Assembly: GCF_027921745.1 (NCBI RefSeq)
Contig: NC_079240.1
Span: forward strand, 1,798,001 to 1,862,000
Length of the DNA: 64,000 bases
Reading direction: 5' to 3'
Origin: Schizosaccharomyces osmophilus
Lineage: Eukaryota
This document shows positions 11,976-23,603 of the stretch, in pieces (positions within the stretch are counted from its first letter, which is position 1; every line of letters begins with the position of its first letter). Made by a program: the position numbers and the translations under genes. The notes below the pieces were generated by a model that ran no database searches, was not told where the DNA came from, and saw only the letters and a list, made by a program, of their open reading frames with translations.

Positions 11976-13277
11976 TCAAAGAGGGAGCTCAAAGCTAACG
12001 TTGACATTAGCTTCACGGGCCATCTCAACGACACGGCTGTAACGGCAAGCTTTTTGAGCAGCTTCGTCGAGATCGTCGAAAGAGAAAATACGAAGACCAG
12101 AGTTGTTGATAACGTCCTTGGCGGCATGTTGATTAGTACCTTGCAAACGGCAAATGATGGGAATGTTGAGGTCTAAGCTAGAAACAACGGAAATAAGACC
12201 TTGGGCAATAACATCACAGCGAACGATACCGCCAAAGATGTTGACAAAAATGGCAGTAGTCTTGTTATCCTTGGTAATAAGAGAGAATGCCTTACGGATG
12301 GCTTCGGCATTAGCATTACCACCGACATCCAAGAAGTTAGCAGGCTCACCGCCGTGAAGCTTAATGATATCCATGGTGGCCATGGCAAGACCAGCACCAT
12401 TGACAAGACATCCGATGCTACCATCTAACTTAATAAAGTTCAAACCAACCTTGCCAGCTTGAGCCTCATCAGGATCTTCTTGGGTGATATCACGTTCGGC
12501 AAAGATATCGGGATGGCGGAATTCAGCATTATCATCGAAGCTAAGCTTAGCATCCATGCAAAGAACCTTTTGATCGGTAGTTTCAGCAAGGGGGTTAATT
12601 TCGACTTGAGTAGCATCACAGTCATTAAAAACCTTGTATAGCTTGGAAATAGAGTCGATGGCTTGCTCTTTGCAGGCGGGAGTGAAGCCAAGCTTGGTGA
12701 CAACCTCCTCTGCAATAGAGCGGTCCAAGGTAGGGGTATTGGGAAGGGAGCGTTTAATAATAGCACTGGGGTTTTCAGCAGCAACACCCTCGATATCGAC
12801 ACCACCTTGATCAGAGGCGACGATCATGGGACACTGTTCATCACGGTTCATCAAAATAGCGAAATAATATTCACGACGAACATACTTACGTTCACAGACA
12901 TAAACACTGTTACAAGGCTTACCAGCAGGACCAGTTTGCTTGGTGATAAGCTTATGGCCGATCATTTGCTCGGAAAACATTTTTGCTTCAGTAGGGTCGT
13001 AAACGGAACGAACACCACCGCGAAGACCGCTTTCAAATTGGCCTTTACCACGGCCACCAGCCAAGACTTGGGCCTTGACTACCAAGTCACTGACGCCGAG
13101 TTTCTGGGCTACCTTTTCAGCTTCTTCGCCCGATTTGGCGACACCACCACGAGGCACATCGACGTTAAACTTGCGAAGTATGTCGTGTGAAAGATACTCA
13201 TGAAGAGCCAAGTTACGCTTCTGCACGTGAGGAGTAAAAGTACGTGCTGATTTTCTTAAAATGCTTCTTGACAACAT
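11976..13277 (-). CDS. lsc2: Succinyl-CoA ligase beta subunit, mitochondrial
   Basis: VVKAQVLAGGRGKG, GCLVNGAGLAMATMD, PANFLDVGG, VNIFGGIVRCD; Arg-rich presequence. Confidence 0.97.
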   Translation of the reverse strand: MLSRSILRKSARTFTPHVQKRNLALHEYLSHDILRKFNVDVPRGGVAKSGEEAEKVAQKLGVSDLVVKAQVLAGGRGKGQFESGLRGGVRSVYDPTEAKMFSEQMIGHKLITKQTGPAGKPCNSVYVCERKYVRREYYFAILMNRDEQCPMIVASDQGGVDIEGVAAENPSAIIKRSLPNTPTLDRSIAEEVVTKLGFTPACKEQAIDSISKLYKVFNDCDATQVEINPLAETTDQKVLCMDAKLSFDDNAEFRHPDIFAERDITQEDPDEAQAGKVGLNFIKLDGSIGCLVNGAGLAMATMDIIKLHGGEPANFLDVGGNANAEAIRKAFSLITKDNKTTAIFVNIFGGIVRCDVIAQGLISVVSSLDLNIPIICRLQGTNQHAAKDVINNSGLRIFSFDDLDEAAQKACRYSRVVEMAREANVNVSFELPL

Positions 13278-14635
13278 ACTGTCGATAAATTAGTTAAATC
13301 AATACAAAGAGTGAATGTAGGATATACGAGAGAGACGTAAACCAAACGATTATATATTCCAAGAAGCTGGAGACGTTCCCCAAAAATCAAAGACTTCTTG
13401 GTAATTGCTAACTGTCTGCAGTCTGATCTGAGCGAGTATCTTAATTCCCAAAGTAACATTGTGTTTTCAAGGAGGTTTTTATTCCGCTCGCTAAACAGTA
13501 AACAAAGGAATCCTGAGATGAAAGGAGACAAGAGCCTCTGAACAAGGTGAAGGTCATTATGAAATAGATTATCCTTTTGTAGAGTTTCTCTTTGTTGACG
13601 GTCAAAGCGATATGCAAAAGAAGCGATGACGAGACGCGTGGCTGAAATGGAAGGCAAACAGGAAAAAGACAAAGGAGAGTTTAGTACGACAGAGCGTTCT
13701 TTTTTAATTGAATGTAGCGATTCTGTTTCGCGAATGACTATATCATCAATTGGCGTAAAAGGATGGGCCTATTCGTAAACGGCGCTGTGTCTAGCCTTCG
13801 TTGGAGGTTTGTCTCGTTGAACAGCCAGCCCGAGAGAGAAAAAGAAGTGTAACAACAAAAATAGAAGTTGCATATTGATTATGAAACAGTTCGTTTCCTG
13901 CCCTTTCTGACATGTCGGACATCATTACATACTGCTACTTGCTCTCTTCAAAGATCAACATAGAACCATCTCTAAAAGAGGTACGAATCCCTCCAAAAAG
14001 CTTCCAGCTATCCTTGTAAAGGAAGTTATTTATTCTTCAGCAAAATTGCAGAAATCTACGAGAATAACCACTCTTCTATTCTGTATCATTTTACTCGAAT
14101 ACTACCATGTTTCATATCGTATTATATAAACCGGTATGATCCATCTTATCATATTAAGGATTATACTATTATATAGAGCAGAAAACAAAATGGAAGCCAA
14201 GACCAAGGGAAACATAAATCAGAAAGGTCTGAAACATTGCAAGATTTCACTGCTTCATTCCACATTCGTCCGCGCTAAACTGTCTCTTCCTAAAACACCG
14301 ATCTATACAGAAAGCTCACGAGTCGTAGCAGCGCATAAGATCCAGTCCTGTACCCAAAAGACCCAACGTTTGTGCAAGCTTCTAAAGAAACAGCCAATCA
14401 CTTCTTTTTCCTTTTCAAACCTTTTCAAATCGTTTTACACTTCTTTTTCTTTTGCGAGAATATTGCAAAAAGCCAAAGATACCACATAGGAACGACCGTT
14501 TGTATCTCCAAATACCACAGTATTGGAACGCGAACCCAGCAAACAATATGAACGAGAAACGCTTTCAAAACGTAAATTCAGCGTGAATAGCAACAAGAGA
14601 TTGAAATTAAAAATTTAATTTTCTTGAAACGCATC

Positions 14636-15873
14636 ATGTCATGGCTATTTAAAAAAGTAAGTCTTTGTTCGAGGCATACAGCCTCAGCGCTTCAATTCCA
14701 TGCTAACAAGTATCTCTATAGAAGAAACAGGTAGACTTTGGGGGAGAATTAGACCGATTGGAAGAACGGTTAGATGAAGTGCAATACAAGATTGAAACCT
14801 TGAAAGAAAAGAAAAAAAATATCCAGTTTCGATACTCCGTCTTCTCTTTTCTAGTTTACACGATAGCGGTTGCCTTGTATGCCTACCGTTCGTCTCTTCT
14901 TGTCGGTCATCCTATATTATCGATCTCTTTATGGATCCTCCTGTATTTGATGGGTGTTGGACTGTATGTCAATAAGCCCTCTTCACCAAGAGTGGAAGAG
15001 TCAATGGTCCATTTTGTGAGAGTTATAAGTTCTTTGGCTAATCATTGTAGATTATATTTCCTTCGACATGGCATAGCATGGTTTTATGAGCGACGGCTAC
15101 GGACTGCGAAGTTGCGTCGACGAAAGTTTCAGGAAGAGAAACGCCAATTACTGGATGCCTTAAAAAGTCGAAAGGAATATTTTGAAACACAGGCCCTGTT
15201 GGAAAAATATGGCGAGCAGTCCCCGCGGTCGAGAAAACAGAACGTCGACTTTGGAAAACGTAAAGGAAAGGGTGGATCTGGTGAACCAAGTGAATTACCT
15301 CCTGGAATCCTTCCATCGTCGTTGAATGATGCGCAATCTCAACATTGGTACGATAAAGTCTTGGAGGGTCTTGTGGGAGCAGATGAAAGGGAAGAGAAAA
15401 ACCGAGAAGCACTCATTTGCCAGCATTGCTATAGACACAACGGGCTTGCTTCTGTTGGTGAACGAGCAAAATTTGTTCGTTATGTTTGCTTGTACTGCAA
15501 AACATGGAATGGCCCTTCTGTCGACTCGGATCGCGCCTCGATAAGTTCATTGACACCAAGAAGATCCAAGTCTACTTCATCGTCAAGTAAGTTGTCTGAG
15601 TCTCTTCCTGTAGATACAACACCCGTACCCGAAACAAAGCATCATCCTGGTGATTTGCCTCTCCTAACGTCAGACATTTCTCCTACGCCTATCCCTTTTT
15701 CCGCGTTCTCTTATAGGAAAAGTCTTGTGCCTCCTAGTCCTCCAACATCAGCAGCTGCCATGGGTGCTACCGACACGGATTATCCAGACGTTTCTGTTGA
15801 TAGTATTTATGACTCCTTTCATACGGTAGCCAACGATGCTCCTGGTGTACTCAGCCCTGTCCAAAAACAATGA
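14636..15873 (+). CDS. lnp1: Lunapark ER junction protein
   Basis: Exon 1 MSWLFKK; introns 14657-14721 and 14964-15050. Two TM segments and zinc ribbon ALICQHCYRHNG..YVCLYCKTWN. Confidence 0.9.
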
Positions 15874-16941
15874 TAGTACCATGCTGGTAATTTTACGACT
15901 GATTCTGTCGTGCATTTATGATGGCATTTTTCTTTCTATTTCTTTATCTTATTTTCCACATTTCATTCTTTTTTCAACACTTCCATAGAAACATTTCTTT
16001 TTATGATTGTGTTTATGATATCTACATGTTCTTTCATACTCAGCACTACGTCCAAATAAATGGTTCCTATGAATTGCCATCTGTTTCTATTCGACAAACG
16101 AGTTGATTTGTCCTAGTAAACTCACCTTTCAAGCTCGATTGTTTTCCAAAATCTGATCCGTAATACAAATTCACCTATTTCTTGCTTCCTTTCCAACATC
16201 GGCAACTCTTCGAAAATACAATGTCGGATACAATAAGAACAAAAAACGTTTGGGAAATGACCTTGATACGCCTTATGTTTGCAAACAAAGAAACCTTTTG
16301 TCTTTTCTCTCGGCCCATGCATTTTTTTCCGACCTCTTTGTGAAAGATCCATTGGAACGTAATAGCTCAACAACTGTTCGCTTGCTTCAAACAATTTTAT
16401 TTTCTTACAAAGATACTAAATGTTTCACTGATCATCTTTTGGATAAATCCACTTCGTTGGTTTTACCTTCCAGATTACCCAGTAAGGGAATAGGAAGCCA
16501 CTGTTACATATTCTATTTGTTTTAGATTTGTTTTAGATAAATAAGAAGTATGTACTCGATCATATTCAAGTATCTAGTCACATTTCCCTTTATCCGTATA
16601 TATTTTAGTATTGTGTTTATGTTACTTGCTTTGTCACTTCCTCTCTGTTGCTAACCGCGGTAAGTAAGAAGTTCTGCCTCGGAATTCCCTCCTACCTTAG
16701 TGATCATATAGTAGTTGTAAGCAAGGAAGAGATCGGTTTCTGCTATGGCAATGAAATGCTCATTCAAAAGAAAATACACAAGTCTACCTTAAAAATTTAT
16801 AAAATACACTTTTAGAATTTAACTTTTAACTAAGCTGTTTTTGCATTGTAAGATTCTCACTTTTCGTACGTCTCTTCATTGGAAGAAATTTAATTAAGAG
16901 TACTTGTCGTTTCACAAACCCTTGTCGTGTCCAAGACCACC

Positions 16942-18032
16942 ATGGCATCCAATTCTATCAAGATTTTTGCGGGAAACTCTCATCCTGAACTTGCTGAGAA
17001 GGTTGCAAAACGGTATGTTGAGCATATTTTGAGAAGCTTTCATGATGACAAATGATGGAGAAAGAATGGAAGAATGAGGGCTGAAGACGAAACGTCAAAA
17101 TACATGAGAAAAAGACTAACGAAACTCCTTTGTCTAGAATTGGACTTAGCTTGGGAAAAGCTGCCGTCGTTCAGTACTCGAATCGTGAAACTTCCGTCAC
17201 TATTGGAGAATCTGTTCGAGATGAAGATGTCTTTATCCTCCAAACAGGTTGTGGCTCCATCAACGACCACTTGATGGAGTTGCTTATTATGATAAATGCT
17301 TGTCGTTCAGCTAGTGCTCGTCGTATTACTGCTATCATCCCTTGTTTTCCTTATGCTCGTCAAGACAAGAAGGACAAAAGTCGTGCCCCTATTACTGCGC
17401 GCCTTGTTGCCAATATGTTGCAAACCGCTGGTTGTAATCATATAATTACCATGGATCTTCATGCTTCTCAAATTCAAGGGTTCTTTAATGTCCCTGTGGA
17501 TAACCTTTATGCAGAGCCATCTGTCTTACGTTATATCCGTGAAAAAATCAATACAAGCGTCAATCCTGCAGTGATCGTCTCTCCTGATGCAGGTGGTGCT
17601 AAGCGTGCGACTGCCTTGGCCGACCGCTTAGATTTGGACTTTGCGTTGATTCACAAAGAAAGACAAAAAGCCAACGAAGTTTCTCGTATGGTTTTGGTTG
17701 GTGATGTCCGTGATAAGCTAGCCATCTTGGTTGATGACATGGCTGACACTTGCGGTACTCTTGGTTTGGCTGCTAAGACATTAAAAGACAACGGTGCAAA
17801 GGCTGTGTATGCTATTGTCACTCATGGTATTTTGAGTGGCAAAGCTATCCGTGTCATCAATGATAGTGCTTTAGAGAAGGTTATTTGCACTAACACCATC
17901 CCTCATGATGATAAGCGCAGAATTTGCGACAAAATTGAAACGATCGATATTTCTGGTGTTTTAGCTGAATGTATCCGTCGCATCCATCATGGCGAAAGTG
18001 TTTCTGTTTTATTTAGCGTTGCTCCTGCGTAG
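16942..18032 (+). CDS. prs2: Ribose-phosphate pyrophosphokinase
   Basis: Exon 1 [24 protein letters not shown], intron 17013-17137. [11 protein letters not shown] and [11 protein letters not shown] motifs. Paralog number is from memory of SPCC1620.06c. Confidence 0.92.
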
Positions 18033-18364
18033 TTTCCTTGGTGAGTTGGTATTTTCCTCCTTTCTCTTCGATTTACCTATCCTTACTTTCCTTTCTACAG
18101 GTTAGCATTCACCTTTATTCGTTTTTGTTGTGTTAGTATGGTCTTGCTTTTGGAATCAAACTTCTTTATGTCATTTAAAAAAAAAATTACATATTATTTG
18201 ATCAGTCCCCTTTTTTTCTATTTTTCGTCAGAAAGCAGTATTTGATGTGGATACTTAGATTATGCGGTGCGTTTTGAATCGTAGTAACGTTTATGAAATA
18301 TATTATAAAAGGAAGTTATGTTATTTTAATGCTTATCATCTTCTTATAGCCTAATAGTTCACAC

Positions 18365-19793
18365 TTATGCATTCGTAATGGTTTCAATTTTCTTGAGAAG
18401 GTATTGGTATCGTCCCTGTCGTTGAGGGTCAACTTGCTGAAGGGTATGTATTAAGGAAACCCATGTCGTCTGTTCTTGCTTTGTAGTTTTCTGATTTGAC
18501 AATATTCGAATTAAGAGTCCGTACTCGATAAGAAGCTCACAGCACCCTAAATTATCACAGGTCAGTATGAGGAAGACATATTACAATTCGATTTGCAATC
18601 CTTTGGACAAAATAGCTTCTGTTTCTCTATTTGCAACTACGTACTCCGAAGGAATGCCAATGCTATACTTACACTTATTTTCAGGTTCCAGTTCATGTAG
18701 CTCCTCAAGAAGCTGGATTTCTTGAGCGATGTATTGGATACGCTCTTCTGTTGATAAAACAGAAAGGATAGGAGGTGCGCCAACCTGATTGCAATGACCC
18801 ATGAGCCAACGATGATAAATCCATATGCTCGAATCATCCGGGTCTGTAAACGCAGCTTGATGGATCGTGTCCAATTCTGATAAACCGTTAGAATTCTATT
18901 TATACTTCAATGAAAGAGTTATATCAACAGAAATAAAAGTAAATTTACCTTCTTGTAAAATCTTCTGTGCTAATTGCCTTCGAAGCTCGGGATCAGTCTC
19001 TTTTTTGATAATAAATTCAAGCAACTTCGTACGGTTATGCCATGCTGAGAAATTACTAAAGTTAGTGGCAATCGCGCTTGAAGTATACTGCAGCTCTTTT
19101 CCCGCCAAGTCATAGTTTCCTTGCTTTTCTATTTGCGTTACAACATATCGTCTATAATGCCATCCGTGAACTATTACAAGTTAGCCAGCCAGTTAAAACA
19201 AGTAACGCAGCGTACAATTTCTAGCATCAGCACTCAAAAGTTTTTCAGTTATCATCATTTCGTAATTCCAATTGGGATACGGAGCGTTTTCAAGGCACCA
19301 GCGTCTATGATTGAATATCCAATATACTTTAGGGAACATTTTCATCTTTGAAAGGACATATTGCAACTCCTTGTCTAACACATCTTGCTTCTCATTGACG
19401 GATCTAGTTTAATCATTAGCAATTCACAATTCGATGCAATCGTATACTCAATTGAATTCAGCTCATACATATTTGGAAAAACGCTAGATAGGTATATTTC
19501 TCTTCGGTAATTCCAAACGCTATATGTTTCAGGATTCCAATCCAAAAGTTCGGTGGTCAGCTTCAGCTTTTCAGAAGAATAGTCTTTTAGTTGTCTCTTA
19601 ATCTTGTTATTTTTTGTTTCGAATTGGATGTTAACGTACGGCTCTCTGAAATTGCTCAATTAAACCTTTGTATTCTTGAATTTTGGTTTTTTCCTTCTCG
19701 AGTTTCAAGCGTTTCTGTTCTTCATTTAACTTTACTCTTAATATTCCATGCTTTTCAGGTTAATTTGTCATATATATAGTCATTCCATACCAT
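18365..19793 (-). CDS. bet4: Rab geranylgeranyltransferase alpha subunit
   Basis: About 7 exons; first coding exon is ATG only (intron 19751-19790), giving MHGILRVKL. PPTA repeats NPETYSVWNYRR, PKVYWIFNHRRW, NFSNFSAWHNR, DPDDSSIWIYHRWL; ends VDPQRQGRY..ANA-like tail at TAA 18365. Confidence 0.88.
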
Positions 19794-20802
19794 TGTAATT
19801 TTACTAATGGAAATGAGCTGTATAGATGCTTCATGTACGAAGAGAACAAAACCGTGAAAATCAAGGTGAAGCATATTGAGATTTTCTTTCAGTGTATATT
19901 AAGTAAATTCTTATATAATTTTAAATATTTCATAGTCTCAAACAACGTTTGATTGTACACTGTTGTATTAGGTCCAAGTAGATTCTGTTCAAAATACCAG
20001 AATGAACATGCCTAAAATAGGATTCTTGCGCTATATATGAACAATTCATGAACTTTTCAAACAGTCTTCTCTGTGGCATAAATGCTGGAGAAGACAACAT
20101 ATTTAGAGATTTTAAATACCCATTGAATAGCAACGAATGCTTCATGGCATTCCAAAAAACTTTCTTATTTGTTTTATTCGATTTTTTTCTCCTGTTATAG
20201 CTGAGTTGCCAAGGAATTCACAGAAATTTATCCCTATGCAATCTTAGTTAGAGACATGTCAATACAGAAAATCACTACCAAAAACCCAAACCAGAGTATT
20301 GAATTATTTAAAACTAATACTAAATGCCTAAGCATTTGTTCCATCTCCCACCCAGGGTGAATTCAATACCACTAGGCCAAGCCTTGCGAGTAACAGTATC
20401 ACATATTTATACTGTGAGCAAGTGAGAATAGTCTTTCCAAACAAATAAAACTAAGATGTAGCAATACAGCGATCATAATATATTCCTTGCATATTTAAAA
20501 ATTGGCTGTCTATTCCATCAATTTGGTACTCACGTAAAACGCCCAAAAAGTTACACTTTCGAAATAAGAGTAGACATATAGAGCCCTTTTAATGTTCTTG
20601 AGTAGTACGCCGTTTTAAGAATCTTGGAAGCAATGAATGGAGTCCTTGAAAAGACACACCATAATGAGTCTTCAGCATTTTTAAAATATAAAAAACTGAT
20701 ATAAATTCAGAATTCTTAAAAGATAAAGCTTGGATCCAACGGGTAATGCGAACTCTTTTGGGGCACTGAAATAGTATACATACGCGTCCTTGCGAATCTA
20801 CC

Positions 20803-20809
20803 GTAAACA
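20803..20809 (+). promoter_or_regulatory. FLEX/forkhead core GTAAACA upstream of fzr3 (candidate Mei4 site)
   Basis: GTAAACA lies about 60 bp before the ATG of a meiotic APC activator; an MCB-like ACGCGT is at 20782-20787. Confidence 0.4.
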
Positions 20810-20871
20810 CAACACAACCCAAGATCCACAGTTTCATAGAAACAGAATTTGTTCAAATAAAATACAACCTT

Positions 20872-22416
20872 ATGGAAATCAGAAAGAAACAAACGCTAAA
20901 ATCTCCCGGAAGACTCTGGAGAATCACGAAAATAAGAAGAAACACGACTTTAAACAAAACACGCGTCAAAAACCGAAAAGAGAGCAAACCTAAAACTAAT
21001 CAACCCATTATAAGTATAAAGAAATGTTTAGATAGATTTATTCCTTCCAATGCCAATTCAGAAGCATTTCGGATTCTTGATAATTCGCAGCATGGAAGAA
21101 AACATAAACATAAGGAGGACGCCTTGCCAAAGATGTTAAACTTAAACCTCAGTGGAGTCTTAAACTATAAAACCTTAGACAAAAGAGAAAATCGCACTTC
21201 GAAACGGCTTACTGACTTTTCTGCGAGACAACTCCCAGGAACCCCTACTACGCAAGGTCACTTAGATCACTTTCAGGAACGACGGATTCGTTCGCTAATA
21301 CACCCATATCAAGGTGCAATTCATGAATCTCCTATTCGTATCCTGGAGGCCCCAGGCTTGCTCGATGATTTTTACATTTCGCCATTGGCCTGGTCAAACC
21401 ACGGTGAACTGGCCGTCGCATTGAGACAGCATGTGTACCTTTGGGATGAGTTGTACGGTACGACTATACTGGAAATGCGGCATACAGATTATGTAGTGAG
21501 CAGCCTAGCCTATTCCGAAGATGGAAATTATCTTGCAATTGCTCGTGTTAATGGATCTGTTGAAATCTGGGATCGACAATATTTAACTGAAACACATGAA
21601 TACTGCTTTCAGCATGAAGGTGATATAAGTTGCATGGCTTGGAGCCCTACCAACTCAACTCTGTTGGTTGGTGGAAGCATGGGCAGCATATATGTATATC
21701 ATAAAACAAAAAGTATGATGTGCCGGCTTTATACAATCAAGCACGTGCATCAAGAGCAAGTGTGCGGACTTGAGTGGAATTACGATGGGACACAGTTCGC
21801 CAGTGGGGGAAACGATAACTTAGTTTGCGTCTTTGACATGAACGCACTGGATGCGCCAAAATATTTCTGGAGCCATTCTGCAGCAGTTAAAGCGCTTGCC
21901 TTTTGTCCTTGGCAAAAATCTCTTTTGGCAATAGGGACTGGATCAAACGATCAGCATATTTATTTCTATGATACCTTTCGAGGACATTTGATTTCCAGAC
22001 TCTTTTGTGGAGCCCAAATCACGTCCATCATTTGGTCTCGAAGATACAAAGAACTTTGTTTCAGTCTTGGATACGCGTACGAAGGAAATATTGCATCGGT
22101 AATTGTTTGCAGATGGCCGCAGTTAACGCGGGTATTCCAGGTACCCTTTTGCTCTGCAGAGGAGTTCCATCAAGACCTTAGGACCATCATGGCCATTCAC
22201 ACACACCGTAAACGTTCTAAAAATGACTGGGAAGAAGGAGAGTTCATTGTTGTAGCTAACACTGATCAAACAGTGAAGTTTTATAAGATTTGGGGCCTAG
22301 AATCTCAAGCCGTCCACAATGATCAAGTATTATTTCAAGAAGGTATATTTGGGAGTCACATTTTAGAAATGCTAGAAGGTGTGCCGGAAAATAAACTGTT
22401 AAAAGGCCTTCGATAA
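20872..22416 (+). CDS. fzr3: Meiotic Cdc20/Fizzy-related APC/C activator
   Basis: C-box DRFIP, LEAPGLLDDFY, HQEQVCGLEW, ASGGNDN, AAVKALAFCPW, C-terminal LR tail. Syntenic with SPCC1620.04c (mug55). Confidence 0.85.
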   Translation: MEIRKKQTLKSPGRLWRITKIRRNTTLNKTRVKNRKESKPKTNQPIISIKKCLDRFIPSNANSEAFRILDNSQHGRKHKHKEDALPKMLNLNLSGVLNYKTLDKRENRTSKRLTDFSARQLPGTPTTQGHLDHFQERRIRSLIHPYQGAIHESPIRILEAPGLLDDFYISPLAWSNHGELAVALRQHVYLWDELYGTTILEMRHTDYVVSSLAYSEDGNYLAIARVNGSVEIWDRQYLTETHEYCFQHEGDISCMAWSPTNSTLLVGGSMGSIYVYHKTKSMMCRLYTIKHVHQEQVCGLEWNYDGTQFASGGNDNLVCVFDMNALDAPKYFWSHSAAVKALAFCPWQKSLLAIGTGSNDQHIYFYDTFRGHLISRLFCGAQITSIIWSRRYKELCFSLGYAYEGNIASVIVCRWPQLTRVFQVPFCSAEEFHQDLRTIMAIHTHRKRSKNDWEEGEFIVVANTDQTVKFYKIWGLESQAVHNDQVLFQEGIFGSHILEMLEGVPENKLLKGLR

Positions 22417-22455
22417 AAAAAAATAAAAAAATAAAAAAAAAGTCGTTGAACCAGT

Positions 22456-23087
22456 CTACTCAAAAGTGCCTGGCTCCAACGCTGGAATTCTTGCAATATG
22501 TCCCGCTTTCTTTCTTTCTAAATTTTCAATAATGTGTCTATATATAAGTCCTTTCGAGTTTATATCAAAGTGGAAGATGCAATTGTACTCATCCGAGTAA
22601 GATGCAATCCAGTGACATTTCATTGTATACCGAGTAGACTTTGGTGAAAGAGGTGTATGAACCTGGCTTTCTATGTCAATTGTCTTTTTAACGCCATCGC
22701 TGTATGCGGAAGCTAGAAGTATTCGGGCGGTTTTGAAAACAAGTCTGTAAATCACCAGACCTTCAATTTTTGGAAGGTTCAAGTGATAGGGAAACAAATT
22801 TAATTCAATGTTTCGACTTAATACTTCATCCGGAAGAGCTTTTTGGGGCAAGAGGGGTACTCGATCTTGAAGGATCCTGATTGCTAAAAGAATGTTAATA
22901 CAAACCTACATACTAGGCAACGCATACTTTTTCCAGTTTCCACATTATACAACCCTGAATGAGCGAATCGTTTGTTTGAAAACCCTTTCGATAGAACTTT
23001 CAAAGAAATGAGCTGAGTTGGGTTTGTAAACGAGAACTGGATTGATTTACTACAAGAGAACAGCATTCTAGGGGACCAACAATTCAT
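22456..23087 (-). CDS. mug163: Small Schizosaccharomyces protein with mitochondrial-type presequence, probable mug163 ortholog
   Basis: Two ORF pieces join in frame through intron 22884-22927 (GTATGC..TTAAC..TAG). Name rests on synteny with SPCC1620.03. Confidence 0.65.
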
Positions 23088-23603
23088 GGTTGAAGAAAAC
23101 CAATCAACAATTGCTAATTACCATCAAACAAGTTTAATTCTCGAATATGACCATTACTTGGCTAAAATACATTTGGGTGTTCCACATTGGAAAGAGCCTT
23201 CTTACGAGGAATTACGAAAGTTACCTACCGTGGAGTATGGAGACAATTATTAGAGGAAAATAAATGAATAGAATGAAACAGAACGGTTGCCATTTGTTAC
23301 TTTTTATTTATTTTTTAAATTTTAAAGAGAGCTGTTGTATTTTGTGCAACAGCTTTACTCATACAGGTTTCTTACTGACGTCGTCGTTGAGCACATTCAA
23401 TATACTATTGAATAACAAATAAGTCATTAGTTCAAAGGCGATAAATCCAGAGTGAATGGAAAGAAAATTAATTCATTAGCAAAGGAAGGAGACTTTAGTA
23501 TTAGGTGTGAAAGGGTAATTAAAGGTTGCTCAAAGGTCTGCTTGGAATTGAAACAACGCGCCTGAGAAAAGGAAATTCATAAAAAGTGGGATGCGACCAA
23601 ATG

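Noticed and set aside
23088..23603. wtf, LTR or 5S rDNA remnant at the first inferred inversion junction
   Set aside because: No 5S sequence, LTR ends or wtf-like exons are visible by eye.
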